Positions 47,385-56,588 of a DNA stretch of 64,000 nucleotides are shown in pieces. How positions within the stretch are numbered: position 1 is the stretch's first letter; every line of letters starts with the position of its first letter. A program made the position numbers and the translations under genes. Location: IMG/VR virus record IMGVR_UViG_3300028591_000107. The stretch is one strand, 5' to 3'. The stretch comes from an uncultured virus (IMG/VR IMGVR_UViG_3300028591_000107) (taxonomy: Duplodnaviria; Heunggongvirae; Uroviricota; Caudoviricetes). A model generated the notes under the pieces. That model saw only the letters and a program-made list of their open reading frames with translations. It did not search any database and had not been told where the DNA came from.

Positions 47385-50153
47385 TTAAAATAAACTTAGT
47401 TGTTGGGCAGTGCCAGATGTCATCAAAGGAATATCCATAACAGCTAAGAATCTATTTATTGGATCTATTACTGTTTTCTGCCATTGAACTATTTTATTTA
47501 TTTTAGGTGCCCAAGAAGGACATTCACCTGCCGGAAATCCAAAATATCCTGTTTTTGTTCCTTCACCAATATTATAATATTTTATTTTACCAGAATAAAA
47601 TTTCTTATTATCTTCACCATTTTTATGTGCAAGATAATTAAATCTTGCAACTGATTGTACAGATACCGGACACCCTTTTTCTAATATAAGTTGATCGGTA
47701 TCATCTTTTACATATTTCTTATATGCTCCTACACCTACTGATTGGGATATATCATCTATATATGCATTATAGAATTGTTTTCTATATTCATTTAGTTTAT
47801 TTATAAATGTCATTATATATTCATCCTTTGTTTCAACATGATAATCAAACATTAATGATCTCATTAAATCATTCAATATAGTCTTACAAAGTTTAGGTGT
47901 TGTTGACTTAATAATCTCAATACCTGTACCTGATATTTTTGGTGTATCATAAAATTTTCCTTTGACATATGCATATCCCTTAAGATACTTTTTCTTCTTA
48001 ATACAAATTTGTGCATATGAAATTGTTTCCAATTCAAATTCATGTACATTTTTACCATGTCTTGGATTATATATTTCTTCACACCATTTGTTATTTAACT
48101 TATCTTGGAACTTCTTACAATAATTCAATACCCAATCAACCTTCTTACGTGGAGTATCGTACTTCTGTTGATATTCTTGAGTCATACACTTAAAGAAATT
48201 ACCGAATGTTGTATAAACAGAATCAGTATCAGAATACACAGATACAGGAGTTGTTCTATACCAATCATGTTTACTTTCATCAAGTTCAAATCCAAATTCT
48301 TGCCACAAATCCTTACGAGTCCAAATACCTTCATGGAACCATTCTTCAAGATTATGCCACATTGTCTTTGTAAGATGACGACATTCACCTGTAATGTCAG
48401 CAGCCAATGATGCATTAAAGAAGAAAAAGAATCTATTAGCACATGCACCATACAGACCATTCATCAATACTTTATGTGCTAACTCAAGAAGACTATATTC
48501 ATGACGTAAATCATCTACTTCAACTCTAAATTTCTTGAGTTCTTCAGGTGTCATTGCATAAAGACTGTCTTGTGTTTTGTTAAACTTTTCTTTAATCAAA
48601 TCCAAAACATCCTGATGTATGTCTATATGATTATTTGAATTATTTAGAATGTTATCAATTTCTACAATTAATTCAGATTCAATTCTTTGTCCTGTATATT
48701 TATATTTATCTCGTAATACTTTAAGATTTGCCTGAATACGACGGAATGCATAATCTTTATCATTTTTATATACATTACCCATTACAGTAACGAAATAATT
48801 TGGATCTTTTCTAAATTCTTCAAGTTCTGTTTCAGACCATTTCATAGTTGTATATCTACCAAAACTATCTGGACCAACTTTCTTTTCATAAAAGTTTTCA
48901 AATGAAAGATTACATGATCTTACTTGTGAAGGATAAAGTGATGCAAAATCAAAACATACATCATATTCATATCTGCCTGGAACACATCCACAAAATGCTC
49001 CTTTATATGCAATGGTTTTTCTTTCAATAGAATCATAATCCCATACAACCTTTTGTCCTTGTTTATAAAATTCTTCAAATACATTAGCTGTTCCTAAAGC
49101 AACCTGTCCAAATGCTGCTTGTAAAGGTACTAATGTTACTGATGATACTGCACATGGAGATTCTATTGATTTAAGTTTATAATGTATTAACTCTCCAATA
49201 CATGAGTCAATGGCGTTATAGAAATAGTACCATTCAGGATCTCTTTCATATAATTGTTGTAATGAACCTTCATATTTAATTTTATGAGCCTTTACTGCTT
49301 CATTACCAACCCAATCAAGAGAGTATGATTCATAAGTTAATATATGATCATATTGTTTTACGATTTCCATATAGTCAAGAATAATTGAATGACATGGACC
49401 AGGTACTTTTACTTTTGTACCGTCCATTTCTTCCCAACTATACATTTTTATTTCATTTGTTGGAGATGATTTACGTATCATATTGTATGCAACACCTCTT
49501 CCAAATAATTTCATTATACGATTAACCAAATAACGATAGTCGAAATTATATGAGTTCCATCCTGCCAAACATGGAATTTTAGGAATAATAATTGTGAAGA
49601 AATGTTTTAATAATTCTTCCTCAGATGAAAAATATTGATATAACACTTTAGGTGTTTTATCTCCTATTATATTCTTTGCAAATTCATTTTGATTAATCCA
49701 ATTCAAATAACGATCTCTAAATCTTTGAATTTGTTCACTATTTAAATTATGTAATCCATAAACAATACAACTTAAATCTGGACCAACCAACGATATTGCA
49801 GTTACCTTTTGTTCTACCTTTTCTGGATCTGGAAATTCATCAGATACTTCAGTTTCGATATCAAAAAAATAAAGTTTAGGAAAATATTGAGCATGCATAA
49901 CTTCATTAAGATCTTTTGGAAGTTCATACATAAACTCTAATATGTCAAATTCATTAGGGGTATAATCAATGGTATCTTTAAAAATCTTCCTACATCTTCT
50001 ACCATTCCATGTAGGATATTCACCTAAATCATCATATTCATAAGTTTTAATATGATGCAAATATTTTTGATAAAATTGTCTATTTCCTTGTTTATCAATA
50101 TATGAAATAGTTAGTTTTTGTTCCTTTTTGTTCCATGTTCTGTCTAATATCAT
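47385..50153 (-). CDS. family B DNA polymerase (T4 gp43-like) with 3'-5' exonuclease
   Basis: FFDIET, GWNSYNFD, YNAID, FDFASLYPS, KVLMNGLYG, YSDTDS, KKKY. Confidence 0.96.
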   Translation of the reverse strand: MILDRTWNKKEQKLTISYIDKQGNRQFYQKYLHHIKTYEYDDLGEYPTWNGRRCRKIFKDTIDYTPNEFDILEFMYELPKDLNEVMHAQYFPKLYFFDIETEVSDEFPDPEKVEQKVTAISLVGPDLSCIVYGLHNLNSEQIQRFRDRYLNWINQNEFAKNIIGDKTPKVLYQYFSSEEELLKHFFTIIIPKIPCLAGWNSYNFDYRYLVNRIMKLFGRGVAYNMIRKSSPTNEIKMYSWEEMDGTKVKVPGPCHSIILDYMEIVKQYDHILTYESYSLDWVGNEAVKAHKIKYEGSLQQLYERDPEWYYFYNAIDSCIGELIHYKLKSIESPCAVSSVTLVPLQAAFGQVALGTANVFEEFYKQGQKVVWDYDSIERKTIAYKGAFCGCVPGRYEYDVCFDFASLYPSQVRSCNLSFENFYEKKVGPDSFGRYTTMKWSETELEEFRKDPNYFVTVMGNVYKNDKDYAFRRIQANLKVLRDKYKYTGQRIESELIVEIDNILNNSNNHIDIHQDVLDLIKEKFNKTQDSLYAMTPEELKKFRVEVDDLRHEYSLLELAHKVLMNGLYGACANRFFFFFNASLAADITGECRHLTKTMWHNLEEWFHEGIWTRKDLWQEFGFELDESKHDWYRTTPVSVYSDTDSVYTTFGNFFKCMTQEYQQKYDTPRKKVDWVLNYCKKFQDKLNNKWCEEIYNPRHGKNVHEFELETISYAQICIKKKKYLKGYAYVKGKFYDTPKISGTGIEIIKSTTPKLCKTILNDLMRSLMFDYHVETKDEYIMTFINKLNEYRKQFYNAYIDDISQSVGVGAYKKYVKDDTDQLILEKGCPVSVQSVARFNYLAHKNGEDNKKFYSGKIKYYNIGEGTKTGYFGFPAGECPSWAPKINKIVQWQKTVIDPINRFLAVMDIPLMTSGTAQQLSLF

Positions 50154-50326
50154 AAAAATTATTAAATATATTTGTAAATCTGCATAATACAGATATCTTC
50201 AAAGAAGATTTTATTAAATGTGTTATTCGCACAATAAGTTTCAATTATTTGTTTTAAACTGTCCCAGATGTTCATTGGATGCACACCGTGAACATATAAT
50301 TATATTTTAATATAAATCTATAATTA

Positions 50327-50767
50327 TTAAAAAATCATATCTGGAAAGACTGTTTGATTGCCGTTCATTTCAATCCATTCTCCTTCCATTTTATTTTTTG
50401 CATAATCATTTACTGGTGATTTCTTACGTTCTGTATAATTTGATTTTTCTTTATCACTTAATGTATTGGTTCCACCTTCAATTTGAACAGTTTTATCAAC
50501 TTTATGTTCATTAAGCTTTCTATTCCACTTTTCACTAAATTCCTTAAATATTTCTAATAATTCATTAAAATCTTCATTTAATTCTGAAGTTAATATAGTA
50601 TCTGCATCTGTTATTTGATTATAACATTTATTAACCTTTAATCCAGGTAAAATTTCTTTTCCATTTATAGAAGCATCCAATAATGCAAATTGCGTATGGT
50701 CATCTAATTTATTAAATTCTACTTCCAAATAAAATGGTGTGTGTTCTTTATACCAATTGTTATTCAT
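50327..50767 (-). CDS. hypothetical protein
   Basis: 146-aa ORF. Confidence 0.65.
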   Translation of the reverse strand: MNNNWYKEHTPFYLEVEFNKLDDHTQFALLDASINGKEILPGLKVNKCYNQITDADTILTSELNEDFNELLEIFKEFSEKWNRKLNEHKVDKTVQIEGGTNTLSDKEKSNYTERKKSPVNDYAKNKMEGEWIEMNGNQTVFPDMIF

Positions 50768-50916
50768 ATCACTGTTGTTGTAAAATAATTTTTAATGTAA
50801 TCCATTATATCTTTATAAATTAAATTTCTAATGTCTTTATTATTTGGTTCAAACAAATAATTTTCTAATATTTTGTATATATCATTAGAAATTTTATTTA
50901 TATATATTTCATTCAT
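50764..50916 (-). CDS. 50-aa protein resembling a tail-sheath C-terminal segment (not in track)
   Basis: MNEIYINKISNDIYKILENYLFEPNNKDIRNLIYKDIMDYIKNYFTTTVI; ATGA coupling to the next gene. Confidence 0.5.
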   Translation of the reverse strand: MNEIYINKISNDIYKILENYLFEPNNKDIRNLIYKDIMDYIKNYFTTTVI

Positions 50917-50943
50917 ATTTTATTTAAGATATCTTTATTTTAA

Positions 50944-50985
50944 AAAATAGAAAAAAATGGAAGCAGTTTTCAACTGCTTCCATTT
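50944..50985 (-). promoter_or_regulatory. class I-like promoter overlapping a terminator hairpin
   Basis: TTGAAA-N18-TATTTT; hairpin aaatggaagcagtt-ttc-aactgcttccattt (50955..50985). Confidence 0.55.
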
Positions 50986-51007
50986 ACAAATATATATAAA
51001 TATAAAA

Positions 51008-51421
51008 TCAAATATCTTCTTCAATATTTATATGTTTTATTTTGTCACTATATTCAGTATCACCTTCAGAAAATATAAGAGGAACATAATTATAATGACC
51101 AGGAGTATCTTCTGTGTATAGTACAAAGTCAAGCAAATCGTAATCATCTTTACCATCACAGAAAAATTTAATCATATTCTCCGAAAGCATTTCAAAATCA
51201 TTATCAAAATCATCTTCCATAATAATAGTGTAAATTTTACCACCCATATCATTGTAACGAGAAGAAATATCCTGAATCTTAACACTAACCAAATTAGGCA
51301 TTGGGTAGTGATTACACTTCATAAAATCTTCTGGGTTACCATGTTCCCATTTCATAAAAACTCGCTTAAAATCCTGAGGACCAATATTTATTAAATTACG
51401 AAATTCTCTAACTGTAATCAT
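51008..51421 (-). CDS. hypothetical protein
   Basis: 137-aa ORF. Confidence 0.7.
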   Translation of the reverse strand: MITVREFRNLINIGPQDFKRVFMKWEHGNPEDFMKCNHYPMPNLVSVKIQDISSRYNDMGGKIYTIIMEDDFDNDFEMLSENMIKFFCDGKDDYDLLDFVLYTEDTPGHYNYVPLIFSEGDTEYSDKIKHINIEEDI

Positions 51422-51427
51422 ATCTAA

Positions 51428-51721
51428 TTAATCTCTTAAATAACTTAAAATAGTATCTAACTCTTCAGTTGTGGATATTGTCATATGTGAATCAATTTCT
51501 CTATAATCACCTCGTGGAGACTGTCCCCAAAACCATACATCCATAACATATTCTTTCTTTTCGTCAGTAATGTCCTTAATGAGATCACTTGTAACAACCA
51601 ATATAATTGCTCTGGTTATATCCTTATCCCACTTAGTATACTGAGTACGATAACCATGTTCCTTTGTCCAACTTGGTGAAAATCCAAGACTCTCTAAATA
51701 AGATTCACTCAAACGTGTCAT
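51428..51721 (-). CDS. hypothetical protein
   Basis: 97-aa ORF. Confidence 0.7.
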   Translation of the reverse strand: MTRLSESYLESLGFSPSWTKEHGYRTQYTKWDKDITRAIILVVTSDLIKDITDEKKEYVMDVWFWGQSPRGDYREIDSHMTISTTEELDTILSYLRD

Positions 51722-51806
51722 AATTTTAATATTTTATTATTTACATATATAATGCAATTTCTTTGTTTAAACAAATCATTGCATAATGATTTTGTTTTAC
51801 AAATAT

Positions 51807-51835
51807 AATATAGTAATTTTTTATATATTATTCAA
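51807..51835 (-). promoter_or_regulatory. class I promoter motif
   Basis: TTGAAT-N17-TATATT, leader gtaaaacaaa. Confidence 0.7.
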
Positions 51836-51852
51836 AAAATAATTAAATAAAA

Positions 51853-51874
51853 ATGACAGGATTAATCCTGTCAT
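51853..51874 (-). terminator. terminator, perfect 22-bp palindrome
   Basis: atgacaggatt|aatcctgtcat. Confidence 0.75.
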
Positions 51875-51879
51875 AATTA

Positions 51880-52941
51880 TTATAAGTTAATAAAATGTGA
51901 AGGTTTTAAAAATTTTGATCCATCATCTCCTTTTTCCCCAATAAGATATCCAGATGTATCATTCATATCTTCACCTTTTATTTTTTGATTTTTTATATCA
52001 TCTTCTCCATCTCTTGACTTATCTCCTTCCAATTCTGTTTGTGTTTGTTCAATTCTTTGTTCGTTATTTCCTGAATTGTTTTCTCCATCCTTTTTAATAG
52101 TTGTTGATGTGATATCTTCTGAAGTTCTATTTTTGGTTGTGGTTTCAATTCCATCTGTTTCCACATTCCGTTTTCCATCATTATTGGATTTATTTTTTTC
52201 TTCATTAAATTGGAGTTTTTCATTTTTTAATTGTTCTAATTCTTTTTTTAAATTGTCAATCTCTGCATCTTTCTTATTAATTGTTGTGTTTAAATTATCT
52301 ATTTCTTCTTGTTCATTATCATCATCTAATTCTTCTCCAACTTCTTCTCCTTCTAATGAATTATCTTGTTCATCTTTATCACCATACACATTTAAAAATT
52401 CTTCTTTATCTTTAATTTCTATTGGTGGATTATTTGGACCTTTATTAGAATTTATTTCCGTAAGTTTAATTGATTTATTTGATTCTTCAGATTGATCTGT
52501 TAAATAATTAGTAATCATTGAAGTTAAAAGTAATGCAGCAACAGGAAGTATTGCGCCTACAAGATATACAATAATTACATTTGCCTGGGCATCCGGTAAA
52601 TCTGTCCAAATAAATATAGGTTCTTTAAAGTACCTAAGATTTTCAACTGAATTATTTATAATGTATTTATATGAACTATATACATTACCAATTACCTGTA
52701 CTAATGTAAACATAGTCATAAGTACCCAAGGCATTATTCTATTTCTATCTTTAGCAGAAGTTAACAAACTAAACAATACTGCTGCCTGACCAACCTCGAA
52801 TGCAAACGCTAATATAATTGACATCCATGAGTTATTTGCTAATCCAAAAAATGCACAGGCATGCCAAAATGAACTAAATGCAACAATTAAATACAAAATT
52901 GCAAAAAGCCCTATATAAATCGTGTGTTTTGTAAATTTCAT
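51880..52941 (-). CDS. multi-pass membrane protein with coiled coil and acidic tail
   Basis: About four N-terminal hydrophobic helices, then EIDNLNTT..EIDNLKKELEQLK. Confidence 0.75.
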   Translation of the reverse strand: MKFTKHTIYIGLFAILYLIVAFSSFWHACAFFGLANNSWMSIILAFAFEVGQAAVLFSLLTSAKDRNRIMPWVLMTMFTLVQVIGNVYSSYKYIINNSVENLRYFKEPIFIWTDLPDAQANVIIVYLVGAILPVAALLLTSMITNYLTDQSEESNKSIKLTEINSNKGPNNPPIEIKDKEEFLNVYGDKDEQDNSLEGEEVGEELDDDNEQEEIDNLNTTINKKDAEIDNLKKELEQLKNEKLQFNEEKNKSNNDGKRNVETDGIETTTKNRTSEDITSTTIKKDGENNSGNNEQRIEQTQTELEGDKSRDGEDDIKNQKIKGEDMNDTSGYLIGEKGDDGSKFLKPSHFINL

Positions 52942-52966
52942 TATTTTTTTATTATCTATAATTTTG

Positions 52967-54487
52967 TTATATCATATAATTACATATATATTGAGTGTTA
53001 TTTAAGTATTTATAATCTGGAATATCTGTGAAATATTTATATTCGCCACTATGTGTATAATTTTCTCCATGATAAAAGTATTCTAAATATTCTGAATCTA
53101 ATATTTGCATACTATAAAAAATATATTGATAATTATCATTATTAAAAAATTTATTTACAAATATTATTGAATAATATATTTGATCTATTCTTTGATTAAA
53201 ATTAAAATTATTCATTAATTCACTTAATACATATTTGTCAAGTTGTTTATTCGTTTCATTATTTTTTACAATCATAAATGTTGTCATTATCATTCCTTTG
53301 GAATTATAATCATAATTATTTTTTTCACAATATTGTAAAAATTGTTCCTTTTGAATTGGATTTAAATGTCGTGTATTAATCCATTCATCATATTCATCTA
53401 AATAATTATCTCTCCATGGATGAAGTAAATATGCACAATTATATGAAGAATACGAATTAAATTGTAATATAAATTTATTAATAGATTTTTTTATATGAAC
53501 TGATGCATCAATTTTTACACAAATATCAGTAGATATATAATCTAGTACAGTATAACGTGCTATCAATGTTTTTTGCCAACTATTATATTGATTAATATTT
53601 GGATAATTTAGTTTTTTAAATTGCCAAACATTTGATTTCAAATCATCTCTATCAGTTAAACATATATATTCTGCATTTTCATCTATTTCATCTGGATCTT
53701 TTAATATATCATAATCACCAAATAAATATGTTACAACACTATATAATTTTTTCTTATATGTTATAAAGTCATCCCAAAAATATGAATGTGTTACTTTATT
53801 ATATGCATGACATCCAAAAGGTAATTTATGATTTGTTACTAAATATAATATATGGGGATTTGTTTCATAAGAAAATTTTGCACATTCATAAAATGAAGGC
53901 ATATTAATATTAATATTAATTCCATAAAATGATAAAGTAGAAATTATGCGATCTTCACCATAATCAACATTTTTATCATTAATTAACTTATTACATACAT
54001 CTTTGTATTTTAAACATAAATTTCTCCAAAATGATATTTTGCGAAGCGAAAACCCCCCATTAGCACTAGTATTACTAAAATAATTTAAATAATTTTTTTC
54101 TTCACAACATACAAAATGTGGTGCACCAATATAATCATAATTTTTATTACACCAATATTCTAATTCATCCCTAAACACCCAACAATCTGGTTGATAAATT
54201 AACATAAATTCATATGATTCAAAATATTCATAAAATCCATAATTTAACATTAAAGAATTATAACCTTTAGGATAATCAATAAAATACGAATCCCAAAAAT
54301 AATATTGTTTGGTAAAATTAAAATTATTAAAATAATATGTTCTATCTAATGATATTGGACCAACTGCAACAATATCATATTTTTCAATTGGTAATATTTT
54401 AAATAATTGTTTTATTGAATTATATTCATCAAAATTAAATTCTTGTTTATATATTGGTACTATTATTACACATTTATTTCTATTCAT
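52967..54487 (-). CDS. two-domain glycosyltransferase-like protein (DUF5672-like + DUF616-like)
   Basis: IVPIYK..YQPDCWVF..YDYIGAP..NGGFSLRK..ED..LPFGCHAY; then TYLFGDYDILKDP..YICLTDR..KIDAS..HPWR..RIDQ. Confidence 0.75.
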   Translation of the reverse strand: MNRNKCVIIVPIYKQEFNFDEYNSIKQLFKILPIEKYDIVAVGPISLDRTYYFNNFNFTKQYYFWDSYFIDYPKGYNSLMLNYGFYEYFESYEFMLIYQPDCWVFRDELEYWCNKNYDYIGAPHFVCCEEKNYLNYFSNTSANGGFSLRKISFWRNLCLKYKDVCNKLINDKNVDYGEDRIISTLSFYGINININMPSFYECAKFSYETNPHILYLVTNHKLPFGCHAYNKVTHSYFWDDFITYKKKLYSVVTYLFGDYDILKDPDEIDENAEYICLTDRDDLKSNVWQFKKLNYPNINQYNSWQKTLIARYTVLDYISTDICVKIDASVHIKKSINKFILQFNSYSSYNCAYLLHPWRDNYLDEYDEWINTRHLNPIQKEQFLQYCEKNNYDYNSKGMIMTTFMIVKNNETNKQLDKYVLSELMNNFNFNQRIDQIYYSIIFVNKFFNNDNYQYIFYSMQILDSEYLEYFYHGENYTHSGEYKYFTDIPDYKYLNNTQYICNYMI

Positions 54488-54526
54488 AAATATATAAATG
54501 AATTTAAATTAAAATAGTTAAATTAA

Positions 54527-54548
54527 AGGGAGAATTTAATTTCTCCCT
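54527..54548 (-). terminator. terminator hairpin closing the leader-tagged gene array
   Basis: agggagaa-tttaat-ttctccct. Confidence 0.65.
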
Positions 54549-54553
54549 GTGTA

Positions 54554-54967
54554 TTATTTTCTAATTATATTTACTTTTATTTTATTTTTTAATATACTAT
54601 CATATTTATCATCTGTATGTTTTTTAATATATTCTTTAATATCTTCATCAGTAACATTATTTAAATCATTTAATTCCCCATCGATTTCCCATACCGTTAA
54701 TCCATATTTTTCTTTATCTTTAAATGATTTAACATATTCCGAATAACAATTTTTTATTTCTCTAATATTTAAAACATACATATAAAATTTAATTCCATAA
54801 TCTCCTCTAATAGTTAATTGTCTATCTTTATATGTTTCATGTAAGCATTTACTTAAATAATCATCTGATTGTATATCATTTAATATTAATTCCATTAACA
54901 CATATACATCATCATTAAGATTTTGTAATGTTAATTTTTCTAAAATTATATTTTTTAAATTTTTCAT
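54554..54967 (-). CDS. leader-tagged putative capsid-internal protein
   Basis: MKNLKNIILE|K. Confidence 0.6.
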   Translation of the reverse strand: MKNLKNIILEKLTLQNLNDDVYVLMELILNDIQSDDYLSKCLHETYKDRQLTIRGDYGIKFYMYVLNIREIKNCYSEYVKSFKDKEKYGLTVWEIDGELNDLNNVTDEDIKEYIKKHTDDKYDSILKNKIKVNIIRK

Positions 54968-54986
54968 TTTAATTTAAAATATGTAT

Positions 54987-55430
54987 TTAAATTTTTATTG
55001 GTTCATTAAGTTTAAAATTTTCTAAATCTTGTTTAATATCATAAAATTCTCCACCCATACCAGATGGTGAACTATTATTTACTTCTATTTCAACAGATCT
55101 TAATGTACCTATAGGATTTCCATCTCTCCATCCACAATCCCATTCAAAACAAAGTTTACCACTTAATTTACTTGGTAATTGTATGTTGATTTTTTCTGGT
55201 AAATCTTTATTGTCTTTTACAACAGCTTTAATTATGTTTTTAATATTCTTATCAATCCATTGATTAATCCAACCAAAATATTTAGATAAAAATTCTTCTT
55301 TATAATATTTTGGGTTAACTGGTTTAATATATTTTTTAGGACATTTTAATTCATGTCCTGGAAATTCAATTACATCAGTCCAATAATTAAATTTAACTGA
55401 TTCTATTATAAAATCTTTTATGTTTTTCAT
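54987..55430 (-). CDS. leader-tagged putative capsid-internal protein
   Basis: MKNIKDFIIE|S. Confidence 0.62.
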   Translation of the reverse strand: MKNIKDFIIESVKFNYWTDVIEFPGHELKCPKKYIKPVNPKYYKEEFLSKYFGWINQWIDKNIKNIIKAVVKDNKDLPEKINIQLPSKLSGKLCFEWDCGWRDGNPIGTLRSVEIEVNNSSPSGMGGEFYDIKQDLENFKLNEPIKI

Positions 55431-55436
55431 TTATGA

Positions 55437-55766
55437 TTATTTTTCACATCTTTTTACTTTTTCTAAATCATTACCTTTAAGAATCGTAGCCCATTTAGGT
55501 GCATTTTCTGGATCTTCACTATCGCGTACAATAGTTCCCCAATAACTATCTTTACCGTGCCAAGCTACACATGCTTCAGGTTCTGAGAAATTTCCTTTAG
55601 TATTATCATTAACTTCCCAATATTCAGCGTTAGAAATAGGTTCTTCCTTAATATCGGCTTCCCAGTTATTAGAATATTTCATGTCATTTCCAACACCCTT
55701 TACATAAAATCTAATAATATATTTTGGTTGTTTTGCTTCTGTTATCTTTTGTATAATATTTTTCAT
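55437..55766 (-). CDS. leader-tagged putative capsid-internal protein (start reassigned to 55766)
   Basis: MKNIIQKITE|A. Confidence 0.6.
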   Translation of the reverse strand: MKNIIQKITEAKQPKYIIRFYVKGVGNDMKYSNNWEADIKEEPISNAEYWEVNDNTKGNFSEPEACVAWHGKDSYWGTIVRDSEDPENAPKWATILKGNDLEKVKRCEK

Positions 55767-55773
55767 TTTTCTA

Positions 55774-56013
55774 TTAATATATTTTCTCATTAATTTCTTT
55801 TAATAAATCTTCTATGCAATCCATGCATCTCTTATTGAATTTTTGATTATCTGACTTATATTGTTCCATACCTGTTTTTACACCTTTAATGAACCAACTA
55901 AGTATATTACCACAATATTCAGGACCCCATTCTTTTAACCAAGATCTACCATAATTTTCTATTTCATTAGATTTGATTTTAGATTCATTTATCTTTAATT
56001 TAATATCTTTCAT
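55774..56013 (-). CDS. leader-tagged putative capsid-internal protein
   Basis: MKDIKLKINE|S. Confidence 0.6.
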   Translation of the reverse strand: MKDIKLKINESKIKSNEIENYGRSWLKEWGPEYCGNILSWFIKGVKTGMEQYKSDNQKFNKRCMDCIEDLLKEINEKIY

Positions 56014-56038
56014 TTATATTTAATTATAATTAATTTAT

Positions 56039-56281
56039 TTATATACAATTTTCTTCTATTATTGTTTCCTCTTTAATAGCTAATTGTAACATTTTAAGTT
56101 TTTGTGTTTCTCCAATAAAATAAATTCCTGAATGAGGATCCCATCCTATTTTAGTTCCTCCAATATCTTTAATTTTTTTACCTTTATCCGATATTGTCCA
56201 AGTATCTGCATTTTCATTTTTTAAATATAATGCAGATAATGCTTCTGTATTTTCATTGATTTTTGTTGTAATATCTTTCAT
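56039..56281 (-). CDS. leader-tagged putative capsid-internal protein
   Basis: MKDITTKINE|N. Confidence 0.6.
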   Translation of the reverse strand: MKDITTKINENTEALSALYLKNENADTWTISDKGKKIKDIGGTKIGWDPHSGIYFIGETQKLKMLQLAIKEETIIEENCI

Positions 56282-56294
56282 AATTATAAGTTAT

Positions 56295-56570
56295 TTAATT
56301 TTTATTTTTAAAAGCATCTGGATATTTTTCCATTGCTTCTTTTGCTTCTGATGTTAAATTATTTAAGTCAATTGGAATAAATCTTAAATTTTTAGCAGAT
56401 TTAATTATTTTTTTAGAAGCTTGAGATCTTTTATCCATATCATCAGCATAATATTGTGCCATTTCCATTTTTGGGAATTTTGCACAAATAAATGCATTTT
56501 CTGTATCTAATACTACACAGGTAAAATTATCTTTTTTTGTTTCTAATATATATTCTTTAATATTTTTCAT
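56295..56570 (-). CDS. leader-tagged putative capsid-internal protein
   Basis: MKNIKEYILE|T. Confidence 0.62.
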   Translation of the reverse strand: MKNIKEYILETKKDNFTCVVLDTENAFICAKFPKMEMAQYYADDMDKRSQASKKIIKSAKNLRFIPIDLNNLTSEAKEAMEKYPDAFKNKN

Positions 56571-56588
56571 AATTTATCTCTATATTTT

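Noticed and set aside
47385..50153. Intein or intron in the DNA polymerase (also checked topoisomerases and helicases)
   Set aside because: Sizes are ordinary, motifs are in normal order, and no C..HN splice motifs or homing endonuclease were seen
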